A DNA stretch of 64,000 bases from Dehalococcoidia bacterium (GTDB lineage Bacteria > Chloroflexota > Dehalococcoidia > Lucifugimonadales > UBA3495): positions 904,029-968,028 of the forward strand of contig CBDBDT010000001.1 of assembly GCA_965203975.1 (NCBI GenBank), given 5' to 3'. Below the pieces are notes generated by a model. It had not been told where the DNA came from, made no database searches, and saw only the letters and a list, made by a program, of their open reading frames with translations. Of the stretch, positions 24,074 to 33,073 are shown piece after piece; positions within the stretch are counted from its first letter, which is position 1; each line of letters starts with the position of its first letter. A program made the translations under genes and the position numbers.

Positions 24074-25426
24074 ATGGACCGCACATCACAGCTACTGAGT
24101 TCCTACGCCTGCCGGCTTTCCTACGAAGACCTGAGTCCGGCGACGATACACCAGATTAAGAGAACGGTAGTGGACACCTTCGGGTGCGCCATCGGGGGAT
24201 ACCTTTCGGAGCCGGCCAAGATCGCCCGGCGATTGGCGGCCGGGGTCAACAGCGTTGCCCCTTCCCGCATCATCGGCACCGGGGACCACAGTTCGATGGA
24301 CCTGGCCGGGTTCGCCAACGGCGTGATGGTGCGCTACCTCGACTGCAACGACTCCTACTTTTCCCCGGGGGGAGGACATCCCAGCGACATGATTCCGGCA
24401 GCCCTGGCGGTGGGGGATACGTTGAGCGCCGACGGGCCGTCATTGATCACGGCCATCGCCCTGGCCTACGAAGTATTCTGCCGGATCTCGGACGAGGTGC
24501 CCGAATCGGGATGGGACCAGGGCATCTTCAGCGTCATCGGGGCTGCCTGTGCCGCCGGGAAGCTGATGGACCTGGACGAGGAACAGATGGCCCATGCCAT
24601 TTCGCTGGCGGCGGTCCCTAACATCCCCCTGAGGGTGACCCGCATGGGTGAGCTTTCCATGTGGAAGGGATGCGCGGCGGCCAGCGCAACGCGGGCCGGA
24701 ATCTTCGCGGCGCAACTGGCCGCCGAGGGGATGAACGGCCCCTTCGAGCCCTTCGAGGGGAGAAAAGGGCTGTGGGAATCGGCCTTGGGGCGGGACATCC
24801 AGTTGGACAAGATGGGGGGAGGGGACGAACCCTTCCTGATTACCCAGAACACCTTCAAGTTCTATCCGTCGCAGATTCACACCCAGAATCCCATCGGGCT
24901 GGCCATTGAGCTGCATTCCCAGGTTGACGTCGCCGATATCGAGTCCATCCATATCAGGAGTTACCGGAGCGCGGTGAGTAGCGCGTCGACCGAGCCGGAG
25001 AAGTGGGACCCGAAGACCCGGGAAACCGCCGACCACAGCATCCCCTTCCTGGTGGCGGTCGGGCTGCGGGACGGGGCGGTTACCCCGGCAACCTTCGCCG
25101 CGGACCGTATTGCGGACCCGTCTCTCCGACCCATATTGGCCAGGATGACGATTGAAGAGGACCCGGGCTTCACGGAAAAATACCCGTCGGAGTACAACTG
25201 CCGGATCGAAGTCAAGACTAAATCCGGGGCGAGTTATGTTGCCTCCGGGCCTTATCCCAAGGGGCACCGGAACAACCCTTTGAGCGACGCCGAGGTCAGC
25301 GAAAAATTCCGGCGTCTGGCTACTCCCATGCTTTCCGGCGAGCAATGCGACGAAGTCCTGGGACTGTTGTGGAGCCTGGAGCAGCAGCCGGACATGGACG
25401 ACGTATTTGATGCGCTGGTAGTATAG
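24074..25426 (+). CDS. MmgE/PrpD-family protein
   Basis: 450 aa. LDCNDSYF..GGHPSD and overall PrpD-like pattern. Confidence 0.8.
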   Translation: MDRTSQLLSSYACRLSYEDLSPATIHQIKRTVVDTFGCAIGGYLSEPAKIARRLAAGVNSVAPSRIIGTGDHSSMDLAGFANGVMVRYLDCNDSYFSPGGGHPSDMIPAALAVGDTLSADGPSLITAIALAYEVFCRISDEVPESGWDQGIFSVIGAACAAGKLMDLDEEQMAHAISLAAVPNIPLRVTRMGELSMWKGCAAASATRAGIFAAQLAAEGMNGPFEPFEGRKGLWESALGRDIQLDKMGGGDEPFLITQNTFKFYPSQIHTQNPIGLAIELHSQVDVADIESIHIRSYRSAVSSASTEPEKWDPKTRETADHSIPFLVAVGLRDGAVTPATFAADRIADPSLRPILARMTIEEDPGFTEKYPSEYNCRIEVKTKSGASYVASGPYPKGHRNNPLSDAEVSEKFRRLATPMLSGEQCDEVLGLLWSLEQQPDMDDVFDALVV

Positions 25427-25595
25427 GCGGGATTTTCGCCGGAAGACCGTAGCGCGGGAGGTTTCACCCGCGGGTTTTAGTGCCTGCGGGTTCGGGGAGG
25501 TGATGTGGCGGCGCAGACGTGGGGAATCCGGTACGGCGGCCGGCACGTATTAAGGGAGACAGGAACCGCTGTCTTCCGGCGCCTGGAGACGGGCG

Positions 25596-26168
25596 GTGGC
25601 TAGTTACAGTGAGTTGGAAGACATCCAGCTCATCCAAATGACCGCTGGTGGCGACGGTCACGCTCTCGAAGAGCTGTATTCCCGCTACTCGACAGCGGTT
25701 TACTCGTTAGCCCGGTATATGCTGCGTAACGAAGCTTCGGCGGAAGATGCGACGCAGGACATTTTCCTCAATATATGGACCAAATCGGCGAGCTACAAAC
25801 CGGAGCGGGGAGCGCCGCGGTCGTGGCTGATGAGCGTGGCCCACAACAAGATTATCGACATCATCCGGTCCCAGCGCCGGCACCAGAACCTGGGAGACCA
25901 GGGGGATTACGAAACGCTGGACCTTCTTCCGTCGCGGTCCCGGCCCACGGACGAAGAGGCGGAACTGAACATCGAACGGGAACGCATCGTAAAGGCGCTG
26001 GACGGGCTGCCGGAGGGGCAGAGGTCGGCGCTGATCTTGGCCTATTTCGAGGGGTACTCGCAATCGGAAATCGCAGCCAAGCTGGGACTCCCCCTGGGAA
26101 CGGTGAAAACGAGAATGCGGCTGGGAATGCAGAAGTTACGGCTGGAACTGGAGGCCGATGTCGCTTAA
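25596..26168 (+). CDS. ECF-type RNA polymerase sigma-70 factor
   Basis: Region 2 (DATQDIFLNIW) and region 4 (LILAYFEGYSQSEIAAKLGLPLGTVKTRM). Confidence 0.85.
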   Translation: MASYSELEDIQLIQMTAGGDGHALEELYSRYSTAVYSLARYMLRNEASAEDATQDIFLNIWTKSASYKPERGAPRSWLMSVAHNKIIDIIRSQRRHQNLGDQGDYETLDLLPSRSRPTDEEAELNIERERIVKALDGLPEGQRSALILAYFEGYSQSEIAAKLGLPLGTVKTRMRLGMQKLRLELEADVA

Positions 26169-27087
26169 CCTAAGGGACCATCCCGACGATCTCTTCGAAG
26201 CCTACGCGCTGGAAGCACTGGATGCTTACGAAGCGAATCTGGTCGACCAACACTTGGAGAACTGCTCCCGGTGCCAGGTCCTGGCCGGCCGGGCGTTGGA
26301 ATCGGTCACCCGCCTTGCCATGGCCGTGGAGCAGGCCCCGGCCCCCCCGGGGATCCTCGACCGGGTGATGGCGGAGATTAACCCTCCGGCGCCGGCGGTG
26401 AATTCGGCCGCGAACAACCAGACGCGCTGGTGGGCGCTGCCCCGGTTCATGCTTCCTTCCTGGTTTACTCTCCGGGGACTGGCTCTCCCTGCGGCTGCGG
26501 CGGTGGTGCTGGCCCTGTTCGGGCTGTCGGTGGCTCTAAACCTGAGGCTGGCCGAGCAGGTCGACGACATGGCCCAACGGAATTCAACGGTGACGGCGCA
26601 GATGGCCAATGCCTTGCAGGAAACCGAAAGGCTGCAGCGGGAGACCTCCATCCTTGCCGCCCAGATGGAAAGTTCCGGGATAGTGTCGCTGGGGAAAATC
26701 TCGGATTGGACCGCCACCCTGATTGGCAGCTACCTAGATGCCTTCCCGGAAACTCAACCCGTGATGTTGGAACCGTCGGAGGAACATTCCGGCCACGAAG
26801 GGTTTCTGCTGGTTGAAGACGAAGGAATGAAGGCGACGATGATGATTTCCAGCCAGAACCCGGCGACAGGCAACACGCCGTACCTGGTCTGGCTGGTTAG
26901 GGGCACGGACTGGACCCCGGCGGGAGAGGTAATGGTGAACGAGTCCGGGCAGGGGACGCTGAACATCGAATCCGGCCAGTCCCTGTTCGAGTTCGACTCG
27001 GTGAACGTTACGATGGAAGGGCAGGAACCGGCCCGTGACCAGGTCGTGTTAACCAGCCGGATTCCCCATCAAGCGAACCCCAAGTAG
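26158..27087 (+). CDS. Anti-sigma factor (ZAS-type zinc motif, membrane-spanning)
   Basis: HLENCSRCQ (HxxxCxxC). A TM segment reads LALPAAAAVVLALFGLSVAL. It overlaps the sigma gene by 11 nt. Confidence 0.7.
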   Translation: MSLNLRDHPDDLFEAYALEALDAYEANLVDQHLENCSRCQVLAGRALESVTRLAMAVEQAPAPPGILDRVMAEINPPAPAVNSAANNQTRWWALPRFMLPSWFTLRGLALPAAAAVVLALFGLSVALNLRLAEQVDDMAQRNSTVTAQMANALQETERLQRETSILAAQMESSGIVSLGKISDWTATLIGSYLDAFPETQPVMLEPSEEHSGHEGFLLVEDEGMKATMMISSQNPATGNTPYLVWLVRGTDWTPAGEVMVNESGQGTLNIESGQSLFEFDSVNVTMEGQEPARDQVVLTSRIPHQANPK

Positions 27088-27105
27088 GAGACCCGAGCTT
27101 CACGG

Positions 27106-27255
27106 ATGACTGCGGAGCCTCGGAAACCCAAGCCGGCGCCCGGGCCGGCGATCCCCCAGTCGGCCTGCGAGATTTGCGGCGGGCCAACGCTGGAACTGCA
27201 TTGCAAGATTCAGTGCCGCAACTGCGGGTACACCCGGGACTGTTCCGACCCCTAG
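27106..27255 (+). CDS. Possible 49-aa zinc-ribbon protein
   Basis: My translation is MTAEPRKPKPAPGPAIPQSACEICGGPTLELHCKIQCRNCGYTRDCSDP. It is below the ORF-track length cutoff, and its RBS is poorly spaced. Confidence 0.3.
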   Translation: MTAEPRKPKPAPGPAIPQSACEICGGPTLELHCKIQCRNCGYTRDCSDP

Positions 27256-27305
27256 CCCAGCCGGACGCCATCCACAGAGAAACGATCTCAAAGCCGTCTA
27301 CCACC

Positions 27306-27391
27306 TTCCCGTCATTCCCGCGCAGGCGGGAATCCAGACCCCCGTAAATCCCTCCCCTCAGGAACGGCAACCGAAGTAAGCGCCCTCCCTC
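27306..27391 (+). repeat. REP/MITE-like hairpin repeat, copy 1 (with downstream module)
   Basis: Core CCCGTCATTCCCGCGCAGGCGGGAATCCAGACCCCCGT at 27308-27345, with the hairpin at 27314-27333. It is followed by the module CCTCAGGAACGGCAACCG. Confidence 0.9.
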
Positions 27392-27394
27392 TCG

Positions 27395-28849
27395 TTACTC
27401 CCCGCGCGGGAACGGCCACCACCCCGGGTAGTCCCGCAGACGCAGGTGGCGGAAAAGTTCGGGATGGGTATCCACCGCGAGCTTCATCGCCTGCGAGACC
27501 GGTTCCCGGATAGCGTCGTGGGCCAGCTCCGACGTTCGCAGCTTGAAGAGATGGTAGCACTCCCTCAGGTTGACGTGGGCCAGTGCGCGGCGGTAGTGGG
27601 CGTGGGTCACCAGGTACTGGGCGGCGGTTGGGGATACTTCCTGCACCCGCCGGAAAGTCTGCTCCGCCCGTCCCAATGCGGACTCGAACACCGGGCTCAT
27701 TCCCGCATCGCGGATCAGGGATGGCAATCGGTATCCCAGGTCCACCGTGGCGGGTTGGGGGAGACAGGTCAGCATCCGGTGGCGCCTGAACTCGCGGAAT
27801 GCGCCGTAATCCAATGTGAACTCGAAGGTGTAGTGTACGGTCTCGAATTCGCGCCCGGGAAGATCGTGGGGCCCGATCCCTTCGACGCAGCGGTGGATTA
27901 TGTCATATCTCCGGGACTCGGGCATGGCCTGGACCGTTTGAAGCACGTCGTCGTAGCCGTTCCCTGAGTGGCGGTAAAGGAGGGCGGCGGCAAGTCTTTC
28001 CACCGCATCGGTATCCCACCCGACGAGCCGGGCCGGGATAACGGGAGCCGCCGCGCCACCTCCCGGGATAGCTTCCCCTTCCCCGGTCCCGGCCTCGGAA
28101 GCCAACTGCTTCTGCTGTGCTAAGACATCGGTGAGATAGGCGTTCTCGTCGGCGTATTTGATCAGCGTGGGAGTGACTGTGCGGGCCTGCTCGCGAATCT
28201 CCAATCCCAGGTCCCGTTCCTCGGCCAGTTCGGCGGACAGGAGCTTGGTGACTGCGTGTTCCAGGGTGCGGGCGTTGGCGGTGACTCCCACGTTCGTCAG
28301 CGTGGCGGCGGGCAGGACCTCCCGGCACTGGTCCGTGGCAAAGCGCCGCAGCCGCAGGCGATAGGCGGAATGGCGCTCCCCATCCCGCCGGGGATATTCC
28401 CCGGCCAGGTGGGCGATGCAACCGTCGAGCAGTTGTGAATAGGCCTGGAACAGGCGCCGGCAGGCGCTGTGGTACTGCTCCAGCAGCTGGGGGAAGGGTT
28501 CCAGTTCCCTGGGGGTGTGGTAGCTGCCGGCCGGCAGGACCTGGTACCGGGATGATTTCTCGGTGTAGGAGGCCAGACGGTTGTCCTCCAGGGCGTCGCA
28601 GGCCAGTCGGGAGACGTTCTCCACGGCCAAATGCACAACCGCGTGCTCGGCGACGGAGGCATGGCCGTATCCCAGGACCCATCGCTCGTGGAAGTCGGCG
28701 GCGCGTTCCCGGCTGACCTGCTCCGCTATCTCGTCGAAGGATTCCGGGCTGCGCGAGGTCATTGCGAAGACGACCGCGATCTGCTCCTCGGTCAGATCGT
28801 GGGCGTCGAGGGGGTACACCCGGCGGCTGAGGGCGTGTTCAGTGTCCAC
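27395..28849 (-). CDS. thyX: FAD-dependent thymidylate synthase, tandem two-domain ThyX
   Basis: 484 aa, about twice the usual ThyX length. The first half has TEKSSRYQ and the second half has FREFRRHRMLT. Confidence 0.7.
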   Translation of the reverse strand: MDTEHALSRRVYPLDAHDLTEEQIAVVFAMTSRSPESFDEIAEQVSRERAADFHERWVLGYGHASVAEHAVVHLAVENVSRLACDALEDNRLASYTEKSSRYQVLPAGSYHTPRELEPFPQLLEQYHSACRRLFQAYSQLLDGCIAHLAGEYPRRDGERHSAYRLRLRRFATDQCREVLPAATLTNVGVTANARTLEHAVTKLLSAELAEERDLGLEIREQARTVTPTLIKYADENAYLTDVLAQQKQLASEAGTGEGEAIPGGGAAAPVIPARLVGWDTDAVERLAAALLYRHSGNGYDDVLQTVQAMPESRRYDIIHRCVEGIGPHDLPGREFETVHYTFEFTLDYGAFREFRRHRMLTCLPQPATVDLGYRLPSLIRDAGMSPVFESALGRAEQTFRRVQEVSPTAAQYLVTHAHYRRALAHVNLRECYHLFKLRTSELAHDAIREPVSQAMKLAVDTHPELFRHLRLRDYPGWWPFPRGE

Positions 28850-28918
28850 CCGGTTTATTGTCGCCGGGAATCCAAAGATGCGCCAAGGAAAATTATCTCC
28901 TAGTTGGAGATTTCTGGT

Positions 28919-29704
28919 TCACGGCTTGCGGCAAACCAGCATGGCCCAGCGGTGCCGGAACATTAGCTGCCCGTCTTCCAGATACGGATACATCCCGGTT
29001 TCGGGGCCGCCCGATAGCTCGGATTGTAAATGCCGCAGGATCAGGGCCCGAGATTCGTCGGGGGTCTGGGTCATGTCCATCCAGCTCTCAACGCTGCGTT
29101 GGGCCTCGAAGGCGGAGGTGCGGGCGATTTCCAGGCCGCATTCCTCGGCCATGGCGCGGAGGCGGCTGACGGGCAAGGCGTTGGTGTGGGAGGGGTCCCG
29201 AAGACGTTCCAGGCGGTTGTGAGCCTCGGCGGTGGCGGGGTCTTCGGAGGTGGTGAGGTCAATGATGGCGACGTGCCCGCCGGAACGACAGACGCGAACC
29301 ATTTCCCGCAGGCACATGCCGGGGTTTTCGACCTGGTGCATGGCCAGGCGGCATGCCACCAGCGAGAAGCTCTCGTCTTCGTAAGGCAGACTGCGGGCAT
29401 CGCCCAGGTCGAAGGTGACGTTGGTCAACCCCTCTTCGGCGGCCAGTTGGCCGCCCCGGGCCACCATCTTTGGGGTCACGTCGACGGCAACGGCCTGGGC
29501 AACCATCGGGGCCATTCCCCGGGCCAGGACCCCGGTGCCGGCGGCCACGTCCAAAACCCGCATATCCGGGCGCAACTCCAGGTTCTCCAGACTCCATGCA
29601 AGGGCATGTTCGTTGCCGCCGGATACGACATAGGCATCCCAGTTAGCAGCCTGCTGGGAGAACTGTTCCTGAATCAGCTCGTCGTGGGTCCTTTCCTGAG
29701 ACAT
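28919..29704 (-). CDS. Class I SAM-dependent methyltransferase
   Basis: VLDVAAGTGVLARGMA motif I. Methyltransf_11-like. Confidence 0.8.
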   Translation of the reverse strand: MSQERTHDELIQEQFSQQAANWDAYVVSGGNEHALAWSLENLELRPDMRVLDVAAGTGVLARGMAPMVAQAVAVDVTPKMVARGGQLAAEEGLTNVTFDLGDARSLPYEDESFSLVACRLAMHQVENPGMCLREMVRVCRSGGHVAIIDLTTSEDPATAEAHNRLERLRDPSHTNALPVSRLRAMAEECGLEIARTSAFEAQRSVESWMDMTQTPDESRALILRHLQSELSGGPETGMYPYLEDGQLMFRHRWAMLVCRKP

Positions 29705-29758
29705 TCCCTGCCTTTACCCCCTGGCTTTCCGGCGAGGCGCGGGCCGCCCTGCTTGCGG

Positions 29759-31396
29759 CTAGACCAGCGCCCCGAATCCGTTGGGAATCTCCACCTCTAT
29801 CAACTGCACCCGGTCTGCACGCACCGCCTGTTCCAGTGCCTTCGACAGACCATCTACCGTGGACACTCGGGTGCCGGGGACTCCGTAGGAGTCGAAGAGC
29901 TTGATGAAATCCGGGTTCACCAGGTCTGTGCCCATCAGGCGGTCGCTGAATCGGGCGCTCTGGTATCCCTTGAGGACTCCCCAGGCGTTGTCGTTGAAAA
30001 TGACGATTACGGGGTTGATGCCGTACTGAACGGCGGTCCCCAACTCCTGGGCGTTGTACTGGAATCCACCGTCGCCGGTGATGCAGACCACCGGACACTC
30101 GGGTTTGCCAACCTTGGCGCCCAGCGCGGAGGGAAAGCCAAACCCCAATCCGGCCCAACCCCAGGGATACATGAACTGGCGGGGCTGGTCGATGGTCAGG
30201 CAGCGGGCCGCGCGGCTGGCCGGGACAGTTGCGTCCAGGGTGAAAATGGTGTTGTCGGGTGTGGCCGCACGGATCGCTTCGAAGGTGCGTAGTTCGTTGG
30301 CCCACGTATCCTGGAGGGCCTGGTATTGCTGTCCTTTCAGAGCGGCGACCTCCTGCCGGTACTCCGCCGAGCTTTCCACGTCACTGCTTCCGATACCCTG
30401 CAGCAGCTGGGAGACGACGGCCCGGGAATTGGCCGTGATGGAAACCGTCGCCGGATAGTTCTTGCCGATGTATTCCCCGTCCAGGAGGATGTGGACCAGG
30501 TTATCCGGCAGCTTCAAGTCCACGCCAACGGTGGAGCGGTAGGCCAGGGCGGAACCGAGAACCAGCGCGGCATCACACGAGCCCAGCCAGTCCTGTGCCG
30601 GATTTTCTCCCCAGATGCGGCGGCCCAGCGCGGGCCCCAGGGACAGGGGGTGGCTTTCCGGGAAGGCCCCCTTGGCCCCGTCCGTGGTGACCACCGCCGC
30701 TCCCAGCTTTTCCGCCAGTTCGATGACCTCGGCCGCGCCGCCCTGGGACTGGACCTCCTCGCCGACCACGATGACCGGGCGTTTCGCGTTGAGCATGACC
30801 TGGAGGGCCCGCTCGACCATCGTGGGATCACCCTGGGGGATGTCAGGCTCCCGGGGGCGCAGAATCTCCACCTCGGCCTTCTCTCCCAGCATATCGGTGG
30901 GCACTTCCAGCTCGATGGGCCGGGGACGGCGCTCCTGGAAGCGGCGGAAGGCTTCGACGAAATGATCCGGGATAGCCTCCACCTCGCCGATCATGGCGTT
31001 CCAGTCGGTGACGGCGCGGAACATCCCCAGCTGGTCCTTGGTCTCGTGGGTCGCCAGCTTGTTGCTGCCGACGAATTCCCGCTCAACGTTGGTGGTCACC
31101 TGCAGGATGGACGAGCTGGAGAAATAGGCTTCCCCCATTGCGCCCATGGAGTCAGCGGCCCCGGGGCCGGTGCTGGTCAGCAGAACCCCCGGCTTGCCCG
31201 TGGCCCGGGAGTAGCCGTCCGCCATGTACCCGCACCCCAGCTCCAGCCGGCCTCCGATGAAGCGGAGCGAGTCCTGGTTGTCGAAGAGAGCGTCAAAGAG
31301 GTCCAGGGTATGGACCGAAATTATCCCGAATATCGTGTCAACATCCTGGGCCTTCAGCGATTCGGCGATGGTCTGTCCACCGGTCATCATGGGCAT
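29759..31396 (-). CDS. Thiamine-diphosphate-dependent enzyme (acetolactate synthase-like)
   Basis: ThDP motif ITGDGGFQYNAQELGTAVQYGINPVIVIFNDNAWG. 545 aa. Confidence 0.85.
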   Translation of the reverse strand: MPMMTGGQTIAESLKAQDVDTIFGIISVHTLDLFDALFDNQDSLRFIGGRLELGCGYMADGYSRATGKPGVLLTSTGPGAADSMGAMGEAYFSSSSILQVTTNVEREFVGSNKLATHETKDQLGMFRAVTDWNAMIGEVEAIPDHFVEAFRRFQERRPRPIELEVPTDMLGEKAEVEILRPREPDIPQGDPTMVERALQVMLNAKRPVIVVGEEVQSQGGAAEVIELAEKLGAAVVTTDGAKGAFPESHPLSLGPALGRRIWGENPAQDWLGSCDAALVLGSALAYRSTVGVDLKLPDNLVHILLDGEYIGKNYPATVSITANSRAVVSQLLQGIGSSDVESSAEYRQEVAALKGQQYQALQDTWANELRTFEAIRAATPDNTIFTLDATVPASRAARCLTIDQPRQFMYPWGWAGLGFGFPSALGAKVGKPECPVVCITGDGGFQYNAQELGTAVQYGINPVIVIFNDNAWGVLKGYQSARFSDRLMGTDLVNPDFIKLFDSYGVPGTRVSTVDGLSKALEQAVRADRVQLIEVEIPNGFGALV

Positions 31397-31464
31397 GGGG
31401 TCTCTCCTTCCGTGGTAAGTGGGCCGACGGGTCTAAGAGGGTGCGTGAGAAATACCCATTTGCC

Positions 31465-31504
31465 CTCCCGTCATTCCCGCGCAGGCGGGAATCCAGACCC
31501 CCGT
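31465..31504 (+). repeat. REP/MITE-like hairpin repeat, copy 2
   Basis: Core at 31467-31504, identical to copy 1. Confidence 0.9.
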
Positions 31505-31575
31505 CGCCCACATCCCTCCACCTGTGTACCCTGTTGCAGTGCCTCTTGATATAGTTTCCAAATAGTCCGGCGGGT

Positions 31576-32985
31576 CTAAAGCAGCAACGTCACCGGGTTT
31601 TCCAGGACGCGCTTCACTTCCATGAGGAACTGGGCGGCCTCCGCGCCGTCCGCGACCCGGTGGTCGGTGGACAGCGTCGCCTTCATCATCTGGCCCACGG
31701 CGAGTTGTCCGTCGCGGACCACGGGCTGCTCCTTGACCGAACCTACGGCAAGAACGGCAGCGTGGGGCGGGTAGATGATGGCCGCAAAGCTCTCCACATC
31801 GAACATTCCCAGGTTGCTGACGCTGAAGGTGGTGCTGCTGTATTCGTCATTGCGGAGGTGGCCGCTGTGGGCCCGCTGGATGAGGTCCTTGCTGGCGGCG
31901 GCCAACTCCACCAGGCTCTTTTCCTGGCAGTTGGCAATGCCGGGGACCATCAGTCCCGCTTCCAGGGCAATGGCGATTCCGATGTTGACCTGGGGGTGAA
32001 ATTCCAAAGCCCCGTCGGAGAAGGAAGCGTTGAACTTGGGATGCCGCCCCAGGGCCAGGGCGCACGCCCTGACGATAAGGTCGTTGACTGTAACCCGGGA
32101 GTCGGATTCAACGGCGTCGTTGATTTCCTGGCGAAGGGCCATGGCCCTTCCCATGTCAATCTCGGCGGTCACATAGAAGTGGGGCGCTTCCCGCTTCGAG
32201 TCCGAGGTCACCCGGGCGATGGCCTGGCGCATCCGCGAAAGGTCTACCCGCTCTGCGGCCTCGGCCGGAACGGCCACCGCACCGCCGTCTGGACCGGAGG
32301 GCGCTTCCGATACCGGGGTTGGAGCGGGAGGACGGTATTCCAGCAAGTCCTTCTCGACGATGCGTCCACCGGGACCGGTCCCGCTCACTTCCGACAGGTC
32401 AATGCCCCGTTCTCGGGCCAGACGTCGGGCAATGGGCGATGCGCGGACCCCGGCCGGGGGTTCCGCCGGAAGGGCGGGCGGCTGGTATTCCAGAACGTCC
32501 CTTTCCACAATCCGCCCACCTGGACCGGTGCCGTTTACATCCCCCAGGTCAATTCCCCGTTCCCGGGCCAGGCGGCGGGCTATGGGTGATGCCCGCAGGC
32601 GGCCCTCATCGGCTGTCCCGGTGTCGGAAGTCCCAGTATCGGAAGGGGAAGCTGCTGGCTGGGAGGACCGGGCCGGTCCTCCCGCTGAATCGGCCGGGGC
32701 TGCATCGGGAGGCGAGGCTGGAAGGTCATCTTCCGGGAGGGCCTCGCCGGGAGCCGTGATGATGGCGATGAGTTCACCCACCGGGACCACCATCCCCTCA
32801 GCGGCGACTATCCTGCCTACAACCCCGCCGGTATAGGCCTCGAACTCGACGGTGGCCTTGTCCGTCTCGATATCGGCCAGGACTTCGCCCCGGGCGACGG
32901 TCTCGCCTTCCTTCTTGTGCCAGCGGACCACGGTGCCTTCCCGCATGTCGTAGCCCATCTGGGGCATCACTATGCTTGTCGCCAA
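31576..32985 (-). CDS. Dihydrolipoamide acyltransferase (E2) with one lipoyl and two E3-binding domains
   Basis: Lipoyl motif IETDKATVEF. The segment ASPIARRLARERGIDL..GTGPGGRIVE.D is duplicated. The catalytic DHRVADG motif is present. Confidence 0.9.
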   Translation of the reverse strand: MATSIVMPQMGYDMREGTVVRWHKKEGETVARGEVLADIETDKATVEFEAYTGGVVGRIVAAEGMVVPVGELIAIITAPGEALPEDDLPASPPDAAPADSAGGPARSSQPAASPSDTGTSDTGTADEGRLRASPIARRLARERGIDLGDVNGTGPGGRIVERDVLEYQPPALPAEPPAGVRASPIARRLARERGIDLSEVSGTGPGGRIVEKDLLEYRPPAPTPVSEAPSGPDGGAVAVPAEAAERVDLSRMRQAIARVTSDSKREAPHFYVTAEIDMGRAMALRQEINDAVESDSRVTVNDLIVRACALALGRHPKFNASFSDGALEFHPQVNIGIAIALEAGLMVPGIANCQEKSLVELAAASKDLIQRAHSGHLRNDEYSSTTFSVSNLGMFDVESFAAIIYPPHAAVLAVGSVKEQPVVRDGQLAVGQMMKATLSTDHRVADGAEAAQFLMEVKRVLENPVTLLL

Positions 32986-33073
32986 GACGGCCTCCCTGCA
33001 AAGAATTCCGGCGTCAAAGTCCGGTGATCATCCAATGGTCAAACGCAGGAGGGGTGTCCGTGTCTGCTGGAGT

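Noticed and set aside
21118-25546. Antisense ORFs 21118-22392, 23124-23981 and 24440-25546.
   Set aside because: These are the same kind of shadow ORF, lying opposite the hydrolase-like, LLM oxidoreductase and PrpD-family genes. All three of those have clear family motifs.
32219-32836. Near-identical ~120-nt duplication inside the E2 gene as a possible assembly artefact or independent repeat element.
   Set aside because: Both copies are in frame within one continuous ORF. Each encodes a complete peripheral subunit-binding domain. Multiple such domains are a known feature of E2 proteins.
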